Assembly: GCA_964481255.1 (NCBI GenBank)
Contig: CAYZTZ010000005.1
Span: 4,922 to 68,921 of the forward strand
DNA length: 64,000 bases
Direction: 5' to 3'
From: an uncultured Acidobacteriota bacterium
Lineage (GTDB): Bacteria; Acidobacteriota; UBA6911
Shown: piece after piece, positions 7,125 to 16,262 of the stretch
Layout of the letters: every line of letters starts with the position of its first letter
Position numbering within the stretch: position 1 is the stretch's first letter
Made by a program: the position numbers and the translations under genes
The notes under the pieces: generated by a model
Databases searched by the model: none
Seen by the model: the letters and a program-made list of their open reading frames with translations, nothing else
What the model was told of the DNA's origin: nothing

Positions 7125-8906
7125 ATGAAGCTTGACCCGCAATCTTGCCGCCGGTTCCGGATCCTTTGTCTCGTGATGTCCATTCTGGGGCCGGCCCTCG
7201 GGGTTTTCGCCGGCGTCTCGCGCTCCATCCAGGAAGAGTACAAGCGGGACTATGAAAACAAGGCTTTGTTCCTGAAAACCCCCATCTACTCGGAAAAGCA
7301 GCGCGTTTACATCACGGGTCAGTCCTTCAGGACCGAGCGGGGGAGCGGCCCGCCCCGCTTCAAGGTGGGGGACCAGCTCCGCGTCCTGCTCGTCGATTTC
7401 GGCGGGGACGAAATAAGGTTCAGGATGAGCGGCATTGAAACAGCCGGCCTGGTGGAGCTCGGCTTCAAGTTCGACGCCGAACTCCAGGAGAATTTCCCGA
7501 ACAAGGATGTCTTCGACCGGGCGCTCCGGTCCACTTTCACCGAAGGTCTGAGATACACGGATATTGAAGACGCCAAACAGGCCTTTGTGGTGGAGCAGTT
7601 CGAGCGGTCGGTGAGCGAGATCGCGGGCTCGGCCTCGGTCAGCCGTGAAACGGTCCTGAAAAGCCTCGCGCCGCACGTCCCGGCCTACCAGGAAGCGCAG
7701 CGCGAGATCGAAAACCTGAGGGGCAGGCTCCAGGACGTCTCCGCGCAGCTCGCCCAGTCGCAGGCCGAAAACCGGAAACGGGAATCGGAGCTGAAGGCGC
7801 TGCAGGCGGAATTCTCGCGCTTGAAGAGTGCGCACGCGGCGCTGCAGGAAAAGATGGAGAATTCGGCGCTGCAGGTATCCAGACTGGGCGAGGAGCTTCG
7901 CGACGCCAGAGGAACCGCGCAAGGTTATCAGAAGGAACTGGCCAGTCTTCAGAGATCCCTGAACCTGAAGGTGGACCCGGCGCGCGATCTTTCCGCGCAA
8001 ATCGCGGACCTCGGTCTGGCGACGCGCAAGCTGCAGAAGGATAATGAGGGCCTCAAAGCCCAGCTCGAGTCGCTGCAGAACGGCTTTGACGCCCAGAGGA
8101 CGGCTCAGGAGCGTCTCGTCAAGGAAAATGAGGGGCTGAAATCCGCCAACCGCCAGATGCAAAGCACGATCCAGGCTCTGACCTCCAAGGAGGACTCGCT
8201 CGCCCGGCAATATCTCGATTTACGGAACACGAAAGAGAAGCTCGATCTCTTCGCCCGGACGGTGCGGGCCCTGCGCACGCGCGTCACGCAGGAGACGACC
8301 GCAAGGGGATTCCGCCGAGGCAAAGCCGAGGTGTACCTCGGGAACATTCCCCTGGGCTCCCTGGACTGGAGCCTGCCCGTTTTCCTGAATCACAACGCAA
8401 CCGCCGGCGGCGAGGCGGTTTTTTCGGCCGAATCGATCGACTACGTGCGCCTCGCGCCGGAGGAGAGGCAGGTCCTGCGTTCCCTCGGAGACCGTCTGAA
8501 AATGCGGCTGGAACTGTTCTCCGACACGGCCACGGTAAGCGCGACCCCGGTCCTGAAGGAACCCGTTCAGGAAATCGGAGAACGCGACCGCCGCGCCTGG
8601 AAGTGGGACATCCACAATCGCGGGACCCAGAACGCCCGGCTGGTCCTCACCGCCCGGCTGGTCAACGCGAACTCCGACGAAATTCCATTGCTGCAACAGC
8701 ATCATGCCGTCGCGTCCTCGAACATCGTTCGCCGGGCGCGAGGCTACCTCCAGCCCATCCCTCTGGCTGTGGGGATAATCCTCGGCTTCCTCCTGTTCGG
8801 CATCGCCGGGATATTCCGCCGCGCCAGGAGAGAACGCGGCGCCGCAAAACAGGATGCCGGCGGCCGACCCGATCCCCGCGGTCCCATGGGGCGGAAGCAG
8901 CTGTGA
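7125..8906 (+). CDS. Membrane-anchored coiled-coil protein, function unknown
   Basis: N-terminal TM (ILCLVMSILGPALGVFAGV), ~200-aa heptad-rich Q/E/L/K/R segment, C-terminal TM (IPLAVGIILGFLLFGIAGIF). No catalytic motif. Confidence 0.6.
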   Translation: MKLDPQSCRRFRILCLVMSILGPALGVFAGVSRSIQEEYKRDYENKALFLKTPIYSEKQRVYITGQSFRTERGSGPPRFKVGDQLRVLLVDFGGDEIRFRMSGIETAGLVELGFKFDAELQENFPNKDVFDRALRSTFTEGLRYTDIEDAKQAFVVEQFERSVSEIAGSASVSRETVLKSLAPHVPAYQEAQREIENLRGRLQDVSAQLAQSQAENRKRESELKALQAEFSRLKSAHAALQEKMENSALQVSRLGEELRDARGTAQGYQKELASLQRSLNLKVDPARDLSAQIADLGLATRKLQKDNEGLKAQLESLQNGFDAQRTAQERLVKENEGLKSANRQMQSTIQALTSKEDSLARQYLDLRNTKEKLDLFARTVRALRTRVTQETTARGFRRGKAEVYLGNIPLGSLDWSLPVFLNHNATAGGEAVFSAESIDYVRLAPEERQVLRSLGDRLKMRLELFSDTATVSATPVLKEPVQEIGERDRRAWKWDIHNRGTQNARLVLTARLVNANSDEIPLLQQHHAVASSNIVRRARGYLQPIPLAVGIILGFLLFGIAGIFRRARRERGAAKQDAGGRPDPRGPMGRKQL

Positions 8907-9044
8907 ACCTCGAATTCCACAAAGAAAGAACCGTTCGTCCAATGCGCGGTTATTCCGGCAATCACCTGCCGGCCGGGAGGAATCCGCCGTTGGCGGTCCG
9001 GGCGGAACGAACGGCCGCGCCCTTTGCCTTTCGGCGCGGAGGAA

Positions 9045-10862
9045 TCACTCGGGCCGGCCGGGCTGCATCCTGCCGGTGGACAGCCCCCAGGCCCGCACGC
9101 GGGCCGCGTCGCCGGCATTGAGAAAGCGGAAGTTGTACCTCTTGTTGTTGCGCGTTCGTATCGACAGCTCGCCCCCCTCGATCACAAAGGAGCGCAATTC
9201 CCGGTAGGACTCATAGAAGCTGTGATCCGTCTCGGCCGTCCTGTACTCGATGCCCTCGTCGCTCAAATAGAGATTCCCCCTGCAGCTGGAAAAGGCATGC
9301 CGATGTTCCACCGCGATGGGCGTCTGGACCAGGGCGCCGGCCTGAGCCCGGTCCCGCAGGTCCTGGATCATCGCCTGAATCCGCTCGGGTCCGTATCTTT
9401 CGGCCCCGCCGAGCTCCTTCGCCTTTTGAAGATGTTCCTCCGCCTGCTTGAGATTCCCCCGATGGTAATCGTAGAGCAGTCCCAGGTTCAGGTGCGCGAG
9501 CGTGTGGTTGGGATTGATGGAAAGGCATTTTTCGAAATGGAGGATGGCGGTGTCCAGCTGCTTCTGATCCTGGTAGTTGGCGCCCAGGTAGAAATACGCC
9601 TCGTCGCTGTTGGGTTCAAGCTTCAGGTACTCCTGCCATTCGGAGATGGATTTCTGATACAGCCCCGCGCGATAGGAGCCGATCGCGGCCTGCCGCAACG
9701 CCGAGATTCTCTGCCTCGACTGCTGTTCCTCCACCGTCCGCTGGAGCCGCTGTTGTTCCAGCTGAGCCGTCTCCGCGATTCTGGATTCAACGAACGCCAT
9801 CCTCGCCTTGCTGTAGCTGTCTTCGGGGAAGTACTGCAGCAGGAGCCTGAAATCATTCCGGGCGCCGCTCCAGTCGGAGGCCGCGATCTTGGTGTCGCCG
9901 CGGTTTTGAAGCAGCTCTTTGAGATGGGCTATAGCCTGCCTCGCGTAGATGTTGTTGCCGTCCAGGCGCTGGATGCTCCGGATGGCTTCATACGCGTTGT
10001 CTTTTTCCGGAGGCAGCAGGCTCCCCACTTTGATCGCGGCCTCGGCCTTCGTGATCCATTCCTGGATCTGCTTTTCCCGGTCCTTGACGCTCTGGTCGAT
10101 TTTGACCGCGACATCCGCAAGGCGTTCTCCGACGGAAGCATCGTCGGGATAGACCAGGGCGAGGTTCTTGTACTGCTTCTCGGACTCCAGCCAGTCCTCG
10201 CGGGCGTAGGCCGATTCCGCCAGCCTCCGGAACGTCTCGGCAAGTTTCGCCTTCGCCTCCGTCGCGTAGCTGTTGGCGGGATCGATGGAGAGGATCCTGT
10301 CGGCGAAAAAGAGCACGTTGTAATCCTCGGGAGGAGGAAGCAGGATATTCTCCTTCCGGGCGTTTTCCAGCTTTCGGCGCAACGCTTCCACTTCCGCCAG
10401 CTGTTCGTTGGTCAATTGCGGCACGATCGGCTCCAGGTTCCAGTGGAGATTCTCCGTGGAATAGGGCATGACCGCCACCTGCTGGACGACATCCTTGTAG
10501 CCTTCCTTGGCGCCTCGCACCGTGTGCGCGCCGCTGCGCAGACCCTGAAGAGTGAGGGGGGACGTGCCCCGCATCCGGCCGTCCACCCAGATGGCGGCGC
10601 CCGGAGGCGTCGTCTTGACGACCAGCCCGCCGTATTTCGGCTTCCAGTACTGGTAAAAGAAGACGGCGGTAAAAGCGAGGATGAAGCTGAGGACGAGAAC
10701 GGCGAAGCCGAGGATCAGGGTTCTAACGCGGATTTGCGCGGGCTCACGCCTTTGGGCCTGCGAAGCGTCGGCGGGCTCGCCTCCATCCAGCGGCGAACCG
10801 TCCACGGGGCAATAGAGATAGGTCTCGGGATAGGAATTCCGGCACCGTGGACACTCTTTCAT
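9045..10862 (-). CDS. Zinc-ribbon / TM / PEGA-like / TPR multi-domain protein, function unknown
   Basis: MKECPRCRNSYPETYLYCPVDGSPL zinc ribbon, one TM, PEGA-like VVKTTPPGAAIWVDGRMRGTSPLTLQGL, then multiple TPR repeats and a C-terminal ~90-aa beta-rich module. Confidence 0.65.
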   Translation of the reverse strand: MKECPRCRNSYPETYLYCPVDGSPLDGGEPADASQAQRREPAQIRVRTLILGFAVLVLSFILAFTAVFFYQYWKPKYGGLVVKTTPPGAAIWVDGRMRGTSPLTLQGLRSGAHTVRGAKEGYKDVVQQVAVMPYSTENLHWNLEPIVPQLTNEQLAEVEALRRKLENARKENILLPPPEDYNVLFFADRILSIDPANSYATEAKAKLAETFRRLAESAYAREDWLESEKQYKNLALVYPDDASVGERLADVAVKIDQSVKDREKQIQEWITKAEAAIKVGSLLPPEKDNAYEAIRSIQRLDGNNIYARQAIAHLKELLQNRGDTKIAASDWSGARNDFRLLLQYFPEDSYSKARMAFVESRIAETAQLEQQRLQRTVEEQQSRQRISALRQAAIGSYRAGLYQKSISEWQEYLKLEPNSDEAYFYLGANYQDQKQLDTAILHFEKCLSINPNHTLAHLNLGLLYDYHRGNLKQAEEHLQKAKELGGAERYGPERIQAMIQDLRDRAQAGALVQTPIAVEHRHAFSSCRGNLYLSDEGIEYRTAETDHSFYESYRELRSFVIEGGELSIRTRNNKRYNFRFLNAGDAARVRAWGLSTGRMQPGRPE

Positions 10863-11052
10863 CAGAGATTCACCTCAGCCTGGTTGAGCCCCTCCCGCCG
10901 GCGCGCCGCCCCCGGCCGCAAAGTCCGCGCATTTCCCGCAAATCCCTGCGTTCCGCTTTGAAAGCCCTATCGACCTGAGGCCGCCCGGCGGAGCTTCCGG
11001 GAGGCGCCCGCCGACGGGGGGCCGCTGAAGCGCGAGCCGGGCGGCCTGCGTC

Positions 11053-12429
11053 TTAAGGCATGGCGAACCTGGAGCGGGGCAGGAACTCGCCGCTTCCGGC
11101 GCGGCTCAGGACCCTGCCCTCGCGGGCGATCACCCTCCCCTTCTGCAGGACGAGCCACGTCGAGCCCCGCACCCTGATGCCCTCGTACGGCGTGTAATCC
11201 GAGCGGGACAGGCTCATGGATTTCGAGAGCGTGATCTCAGCCCTGGGATCAAAGATGACCATGTCGGCGTCACTCCCCACCGCCAGCGTCCCCTTCCTTG
11301 GGAAAAGCCCGAAAAGCTTGGCCGGGGTCGTGCATGCCAGGTCCACGAGCCGATTGGGCGACAGCTTCCCGCTTTGGATCCCGGCCGAGAAGAGCACGCC
11401 CAGCCGCTCCTGGATGCCGGGAAAGCCGCGCGGCGCCAGGGTGAAATTATCCCGGCCCAGGTCCTTCTGTCCCGCGTAATTGAAAGCCCAGTGATCGCTG
11501 CCGATCATATGGATGTCGCCGGCGGCGATCGCCTTCCAGAGGATTTCCTCATGCCATGCGGGGCGCAGGGGAGGCGCGCAGTAGTATTTGATCCCTTCCG
11601 GCTCCTCGTAGCGGTCGCTCCGCATCACGAGATAATGCGCGCAGGTTTCCGCGTAGACCACCTGTCCGCGGTCCCTGGCCGCCTTGACTTTTTCCACCGC
11701 GTGGGCGGACGAGAGACTCGTCAGGCACATCGGGGATTTCGCCATATCCGCCATGCTGATGGCGCGGGCCGTCGCCTGCGCCTCCACTTCCGGCGGCCGG
11801 GCTGCGGGGATATGCCTGGCCGCCGTCTTCCCTTCGGCGGCGAGCCGCCGCTCGAACAGATCGATGACCTCCCCGTTTTCCGCGTGGATGCAGGGGAGCG
11901 CGCCGGCGCCGCTTGCGCGCTGAAGGAATTCCAGAAGTTCGGCATCATTGATGTGCCGCTTCCCGCATCCGTCGAGCCTCAGGTGGAAACTGCTCACCCC
12001 CGCCTCGACCATGGCGGGAATCTCCCGCAGCAGGCCTTCGTTCACTTCGCTCAGGGCGATATGGAAACCATAGTCCACGATGGCCCGCGGCGCGGCCTTG
12101 GACTTCCACTCCTCGAGCGTTTGGGCCAGGGTCGCTCCCGGCGCCTGTTCCGCGAAATCGATGACGGTCGTGGTCCCGCCTGCGGCCGCCGCGGCCGTGG
12201 CCGTCTCGAAATCGTCCACGGTCGTCATTCCATCCGACTGCGTATCGATATGGGTGTGCATGTCCACGGCGCCGGGCAGAATCCATTTGTCCGCGGCGTC
12301 GATGATCTCGCTGGCTATCTTCGAGATCTCCCTGCCGATTTCCGATATGACGCCGTTCTTCACCAGAAGATCCGCCTTGTACGTGTCCGTGGCCGTGATG
12401 ATGGTTCCGTTCTTGATCAATGTCGTCAT
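11053..12429 (-). CDS. D-hydantoinase / dihydropyrimidinase homolog with a non-canonical metal site
   Basis: Near-collinear by eye with bacterial D-hydantoinases (MTTLIKNGTIITATDTYKADLLVKNG, DMHTH, IHAENGE, GSDH, VGSDADMVIFDP). It has His149 where the carboxylated Lys is expected and Ser238 where a His ligand is expected. Confidence 0.8.
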   Translation of the reverse strand: MTTLIKNGTIITATDTYKADLLVKNGVISEIGREISKIASEIIDAADKWILPGAVDMHTHIDTQSDGMTTVDDFETATAAAAAGGTTTVIDFAEQAPGATLAQTLEEWKSKAAPRAIVDYGFHIALSEVNEGLLREIPAMVEAGVSSFHLRLDGCGKRHINDAELLEFLQRASGAGALPCIHAENGEVIDLFERRLAAEGKTAARHIPAARPPEVEAQATARAISMADMAKSPMCLTSLSSAHAVEKVKAARDRGQVVYAETCAHYLVMRSDRYEEPEGIKYYCAPPLRPAWHEEILWKAIAAGDIHMIGSDHWAFNYAGQKDLGRDNFTLAPRGFPGIQERLGVLFSAGIQSGKLSPNRLVDLACTTPAKLFGLFPRKGTLAVGSDADMVIFDPRAEITLSKSMSLSRSDYTPYEGIRVRGSTWLVLQKGRVIAREGRVLSRAGSGEFLPRSRFAMP

Positions 12430-12706
12430 AAGCTCTCCCGCATGATGTTTCCGAGGGACGCCGGGAAAGGGTCCGTCCTTCCGTTTCCCCGACGCGCCGC
12501 GGGCCTCCCGCGGCCCTGCGCGCGGCTCGGGGATTCTTCGGCCTCATGAAGCGCCCCTCGCTCCGGACGCGAGCCAATGCGCCGATTATACCAGAGCCGG
12601 ACGCCGCTGTCTCTGCGGGCTCCGGGCCGCGGCGGGGATTTTATGCGCGCCGGGAGCGGGAATCCAGGGCTTTCCGGCCCGCGCGGATCGCGCGGCCTCG
12701 GGCGGC

Positions 12707-14002
12707 TCACCGTTCGAACACGCGGCTGAAAACGGCGTCGACGTTGCGCAGCTGAAGTTCCGGGTTCACCACGGAGCGGATCTCGTCGCGGGACAGGACC
12801 TTTGTAATGTCGGGGTCCTCGAGCAGGATCTCGATAAAGTCCCTGTCCTCGTCCCACACCTTCATGGAACAGCGCTGGACCCAGCGATAGGCCTCCTCCC
12901 GCGAGACTCCCCTGCGCGTAAGGTCCAGCAGCAGCTGCCCGGAGTAGGCCAGGCCCCGGGTCTGCTGGATGTTCCGGAGCATCCGTTCCGGATAGACGAC
13001 CATGGCCCCGATGATGCGCGTCATCGAGCGCAACATATAGGCGAGGACGGAGGTCGCGTCCGGCAGGATGACCCTTTCGGCCGAGGAGTGGGAAATATCG
13101 CGCTCGTGCCAGAGCGCGACATTCTCAAGGGCGGCGACCGCGTATCCCCGAAGCAGACGCGACAGGCCGGACACCTGCTCGCATTTCACCGGGTTCCTCT
13201 TGTGAGGCATGGCGGACGACCCCTTCTGACCCGCAGCGAACGGTTCTTCCACTTCCCGGACTTCGGTCCTCTGAAGATGGCGTATTTCGGTCGCGAACTT
13301 GTCGAGGGAACTCCCGATCACGGCGAGGGTGCACAGGTATTCCGCGTGCCGGTCCCGCTGCAGCGTCTGGGTGGACACGGGCGCGGCCTTCAACCCCAGA
13401 CGCTCGCAGACGCGCGCCTCCACGTCCGGGTCGAGGTGGGCGAAGGTTCCGACGGCGCCGGATATCTTGCCGACCGACACGGTCTCCGCCGCGCGCAGCA
13501 TCCGCTCGCGGTTGCGCCGCATCTCGTCGTACCAAACGGCAAGCTTCAGGCCGAAGGTGGTCACCTCGGCGTGCACCCCGTGAGTGCGGCCCATGATCAG
13601 GGTCTTGCGGTGCTCGCGCGCCCGGTCTCCCAGGACCATCCTGAGCTCGTCGATCGCGGCGATGATTTTTTCGCTGGCCTGCTTCAGCTGGAGGCCGCGC
13701 GCCGTGTCGATCACGTCGGTCGACGTGAGCCCCCAATGGATATAGCGGGCCTCGGGCCCGACGAATTCGGCGACGCTGGTCGTGAAAGCGATCAGGTCGT
13801 GGTGCGTCGTCTTCTCGATCTCCTTGATTCTCGCGACGGAAAAAGCGGCCTTCCTTTCGATCGTCTCCATCGCGTCCCCCGGGATCCAGCCTTTCTCGGC
13901 CAGAACCCGGCATACCTCCAGCTCGACCCGGAGCCAGGTCCGGAACATGTTCTCCTCGGACCAGATCTCCGCGAAATCTTCAGGCATGTACCGATCAATC
14001 AT
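12707..14002 (-). CDS. purB: Adenylosuccinate lyase
   Basis: 431 aa. HWGLTSTDV, GRTHGVHAE and fumarate-lyase signature SSAMPHKRNP. Confidence 0.92.
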   Translation of the reverse strand: MIDRYMPEDFAEIWSEENMFRTWLRVELEVCRVLAEKGWIPGDAMETIERKAAFSVARIKEIEKTTHHDLIAFTTSVAEFVGPEARYIHWGLTSTDVIDTARGLQLKQASEKIIAAIDELRMVLGDRAREHRKTLIMGRTHGVHAEVTTFGLKLAVWYDEMRRNRERMLRAAETVSVGKISGAVGTFAHLDPDVEARVCERLGLKAAPVSTQTLQRDRHAEYLCTLAVIGSSLDKFATEIRHLQRTEVREVEEPFAAGQKGSSAMPHKRNPVKCEQVSGLSRLLRGYAVAALENVALWHERDISHSSAERVILPDATSVLAYMLRSMTRIIGAMVVYPERMLRNIQQTRGLAYSGQLLLDLTRRGVSREEAYRWVQRCSMKVWDEDRDFIEILLEDPDITKVLSRDEIRSVVNPELQLRNVDAVFSRVFER

Positions 14003-14048
14003 GGCGTACCGTCCCCAGTCTCCGGTGAATCCAATTCAAGAGCCTGTT

Positions 14049-14834
14049 TCAATAGCGGTAGGTCCTGCTGACCCGGTCCTGCCCGGCCAGCTCCAGCCGC
14101 GTCTGGCAGGCCAGCAGGCTCGACCGTTCCTCGAGAGCCCTCTGCGCGGACAGCAGGGCGAGCTCCGGCAGATTGTTTTTCCGGCTGAGGTGGGCCAGGA
14201 CCACGTGCGCGGCGCGCCCGTCGAAATCCTTCGCGAGGTATTGCGCCACGGCATCGTTGGAAAGATGGCCCCGCCGGCTCATGACGCGCTGCTTCAGCGC
14301 CCAGGGATAGGGGCCCACCTTGAGCATCCGGACGTCGTGGTTGGATTCCAGGATGATGCCGTCACAGCCCTTCAGCCGCTCGACGACAAGATTGGATACA
14401 TAGCCCAGATCCATGACGATGCCGATTTTCACCCCGTCCTTCTCGATCAGGAAGGCGAGCGGATCGATGGCGTCATGAGGCACCGAGAAGCTGGTGAAAC
14501 GAAAGCCGTGCACTTCGAAGCACTCGCCGGAGCCGATCTTCCGGTGCCTGCGCGCGTCCAGAGACATCCCGAAACCGGCCCAGGCGGATTCCGTCATGAA
14601 AACCGGGATGTCCAGATCCTTCGCGAACGGCCCGACGCCGCGGCAGTGATCGCCGTGCTCGTGGGACACGACGATGGCCGAAACCTGATGCGGCTCAAGC
14701 CCGCATTCCCTCAGCCGCCGCGCGGTCTCGCGGCCGCTCAGTCCGACGTCCACCAGGATGTGCGTCGACCCGTCGCTCACCAGCGTGGTGTTGCCCGAAC
14801 TGCCGCTTCCCAGCAGAGTAAAACTGAGTCCCAT
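14049..14834 (-). CDS. MBL-fold metallo-hydrolase
   Basis: LLGSGSSGN, VSHEHGDH (HxHxDH) and a C-terminal HLS motif. Follows the M16 peptidase gene by 3 nt. Confidence 0.8.
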   Translation of the reverse strand: MGLSFTLLGSGSSGNTTLVSDGSTHILVDVGLSGRETARRLRECGLEPHQVSAIVVSHEHGDHCRGVGPFAKDLDIPVFMTESAWAGFGMSLDARRHRKIGSGECFEVHGFRFTSFSVPHDAIDPLAFLIEKDGVKIGIVMDLGYVSNLVVERLKGCDGIILESNHDVRMLKVGPYPWALKQRVMSRRGHLSNDAVAQYLAKDFDGRAAHVVLAHLSRKNNLPELALLSAQRALEERSSLLACQTRLELAGQDRVSRTYRY

Positions 14835-14837
14835 GGA

Positions 14838-16100
14838 TCACAGTCCCGTCTTCACCGAGTCCGGGCCCAGGCCGTCCGGACTTCCGAGCGCCGCCAGGGC
14901 CAGATGGGAACCATCAAATAATCCATTGGCGAGGCGCCGGATGTCCCGCGCCGTCACGCGCTCCACGGCCCTGAGGATTTCCTCCAGCCTGTAAAAGCGC
15001 CCGAAGTAGATCAGTTGCTGCGCAAGATGCGTCATGCGGCTGCTGGAGCTTTCGAGGCTCAGCATCAAGGAGCCCTTGATGCTCTCCTTGGCCCTTTTCA
15101 GTTCCCGGTGCGGCACGAGCTCCTCGCGCAGTCTCCGGAATTCCCTCAGCGTCAGGTCCACCACCTGCGCGGCCTTTTCGGGGGCCGTCCCGGCGTACAC
15201 CATCAGGGAACCCGCGTCGCGATAAAGGTTCAGCATCGAAAAAATCGAATAGACGAGGCCGCGCTTCTCGCGGATGTTCTGAAAGAGCCTGGAGCTCAGG
15301 CCGCCGCCGAGGATGCTGCTCAGGAGATGGCAGCAGTAGCGGTCCTCCGACGTGATGGGGGGGGAGACAGTCCCCAGGCAAAGGTGCGTTTGTTCCAGCT
15401 GGTCCTTCCGGCGCACGACAAGGCCGGCGTGCGCCCGGGGCGGCGGGCCCGGATCCGCCGCATCGCCCGGCTGCAGCGCCGAGAAATAGCGTTCGGCCAG
15501 CTCCTGCACCTCCCGGTGACGGATGTTGCCGGCGACCGCCACAATCATGTTTCCGGCGTTGTAGTTTTTTCTGAAGAACTCCAGGACGTCGCGGCGGCTG
15601 ATCCGACCGACGGTCTTTTTCGTCCCTGAAATGGGGCGGCCCAGCGGGTGGCCCTTCCAGAACTTCTCGAGGTAAATGTCGAGGATCAGCTCCTGAGGCG
15701 AGTCCTCCACCATGCGGATCTCTTCAAAAATCACCTCCCGCTCGCGTTTCATCTCGACAGGCGGGAACGCGGGATTCAAAACGATGTCGGACAGGAGTTC
15801 AAAAGCAAACGGGAGATGCTCATCCAGAACCTTGGCGTAAAAGCCCACGTACTCCTTTTCGGTGAAGGCGTTGAGCTGTCCGCCCACCGAATCGATGGCC
15901 TCGGCGATATCCTTGGCCGAACGCTTCCGCGTGCCCTTGAAAAGCAGGTGCTCGATAAAGTGGGACAGGCCCGTCTTGTCGGCCTCCTCGACGCGCGAAC
16001 CGCATTTTACCCAGACTCCCAGCGACACGGAACGCAGATGCGGCATAACCTCGGAAGCGATCGTGAGGCCGTTCTTCAGTACCTTTTTGCGGACATCCAT
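14838..16100 (-). CDS. M16-family (pitrilysin/insulinase-like) zinc peptidase
   Basis: GLSHFIEHLLFKGT (HxxEH zinc motif) and typical two-lobe length from ATG 16100 (MDVRKKVLKNGL). The 143-aa upstream extension of the track ORF has no peptidase similarity. Confidence 0.85.
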   Translation of the reverse strand: MDVRKKVLKNGLTIASEVMPHLRSVSLGVWVKCGSRVEEADKTGLSHFIEHLLFKGTRKRSAKDIAEAIDSVGGQLNAFTEKEYVGFYAKVLDEHLPFAFELLSDIVLNPAFPPVEMKREREVIFEEIRMVEDSPQELILDIYLEKFWKGHPLGRPISGTKKTVGRISRRDVLEFFRKNYNAGNMIVAVAGNIRHREVQELAERYFSALQPGDAADPGPPPRAHAGLVVRRKDQLEQTHLCLGTVSPPITSEDRYCCHLLSSILGGGLSSRLFQNIREKRGLVYSIFSMLNLYRDAGSLMVYAGTAPEKAAQVVDLTLREFRRLREELVPHRELKRAKESIKGSLMLSLESSSSRMTHLAQQLIYFGRFYRLEEILRAVERVTARDIRRLANGLFDGSHLALAALGSPDGLGPDSVKTGL

Positions 16101-16262
16101 GGGCTTATCGGGGCGCGGCCATTGTGCCAGCCGTATTACTACCACAGAGTATCCCATGCCAGGAAGACTCAAACGCAAAATCTTTGCCCGCGTTCGAATT
16201 CCTGTACTCGAAGACTCCCCCGGGGAAATGGTATTGTTGCAGCAGCGGATGCAGACGGAGCC

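Noticed and set aside
7092-10961. Antisense ORFs 7092..8210 (-, 372 aa) and 9024..10961 (+, 645 aa)
   Set aside because: They mirror the coiled-coil gene and the TPR gene, and their translations are repetitive L/R/G/P-rich with no motifs. The sense-strand products have coherent TM, coiled-coil and TPR architecture.
11374-14921. ORFs 11374..12549 (+), 11945..12577 (-), 13088..14071 (+), 13125..13913 (-), 13782..14921 (+)
   Set aside because: These are shadow ORFs over the hydantoinase, purB and the MBL hydrolase. They have no recognisable domains and a strongly biased R/G/P/A composition.
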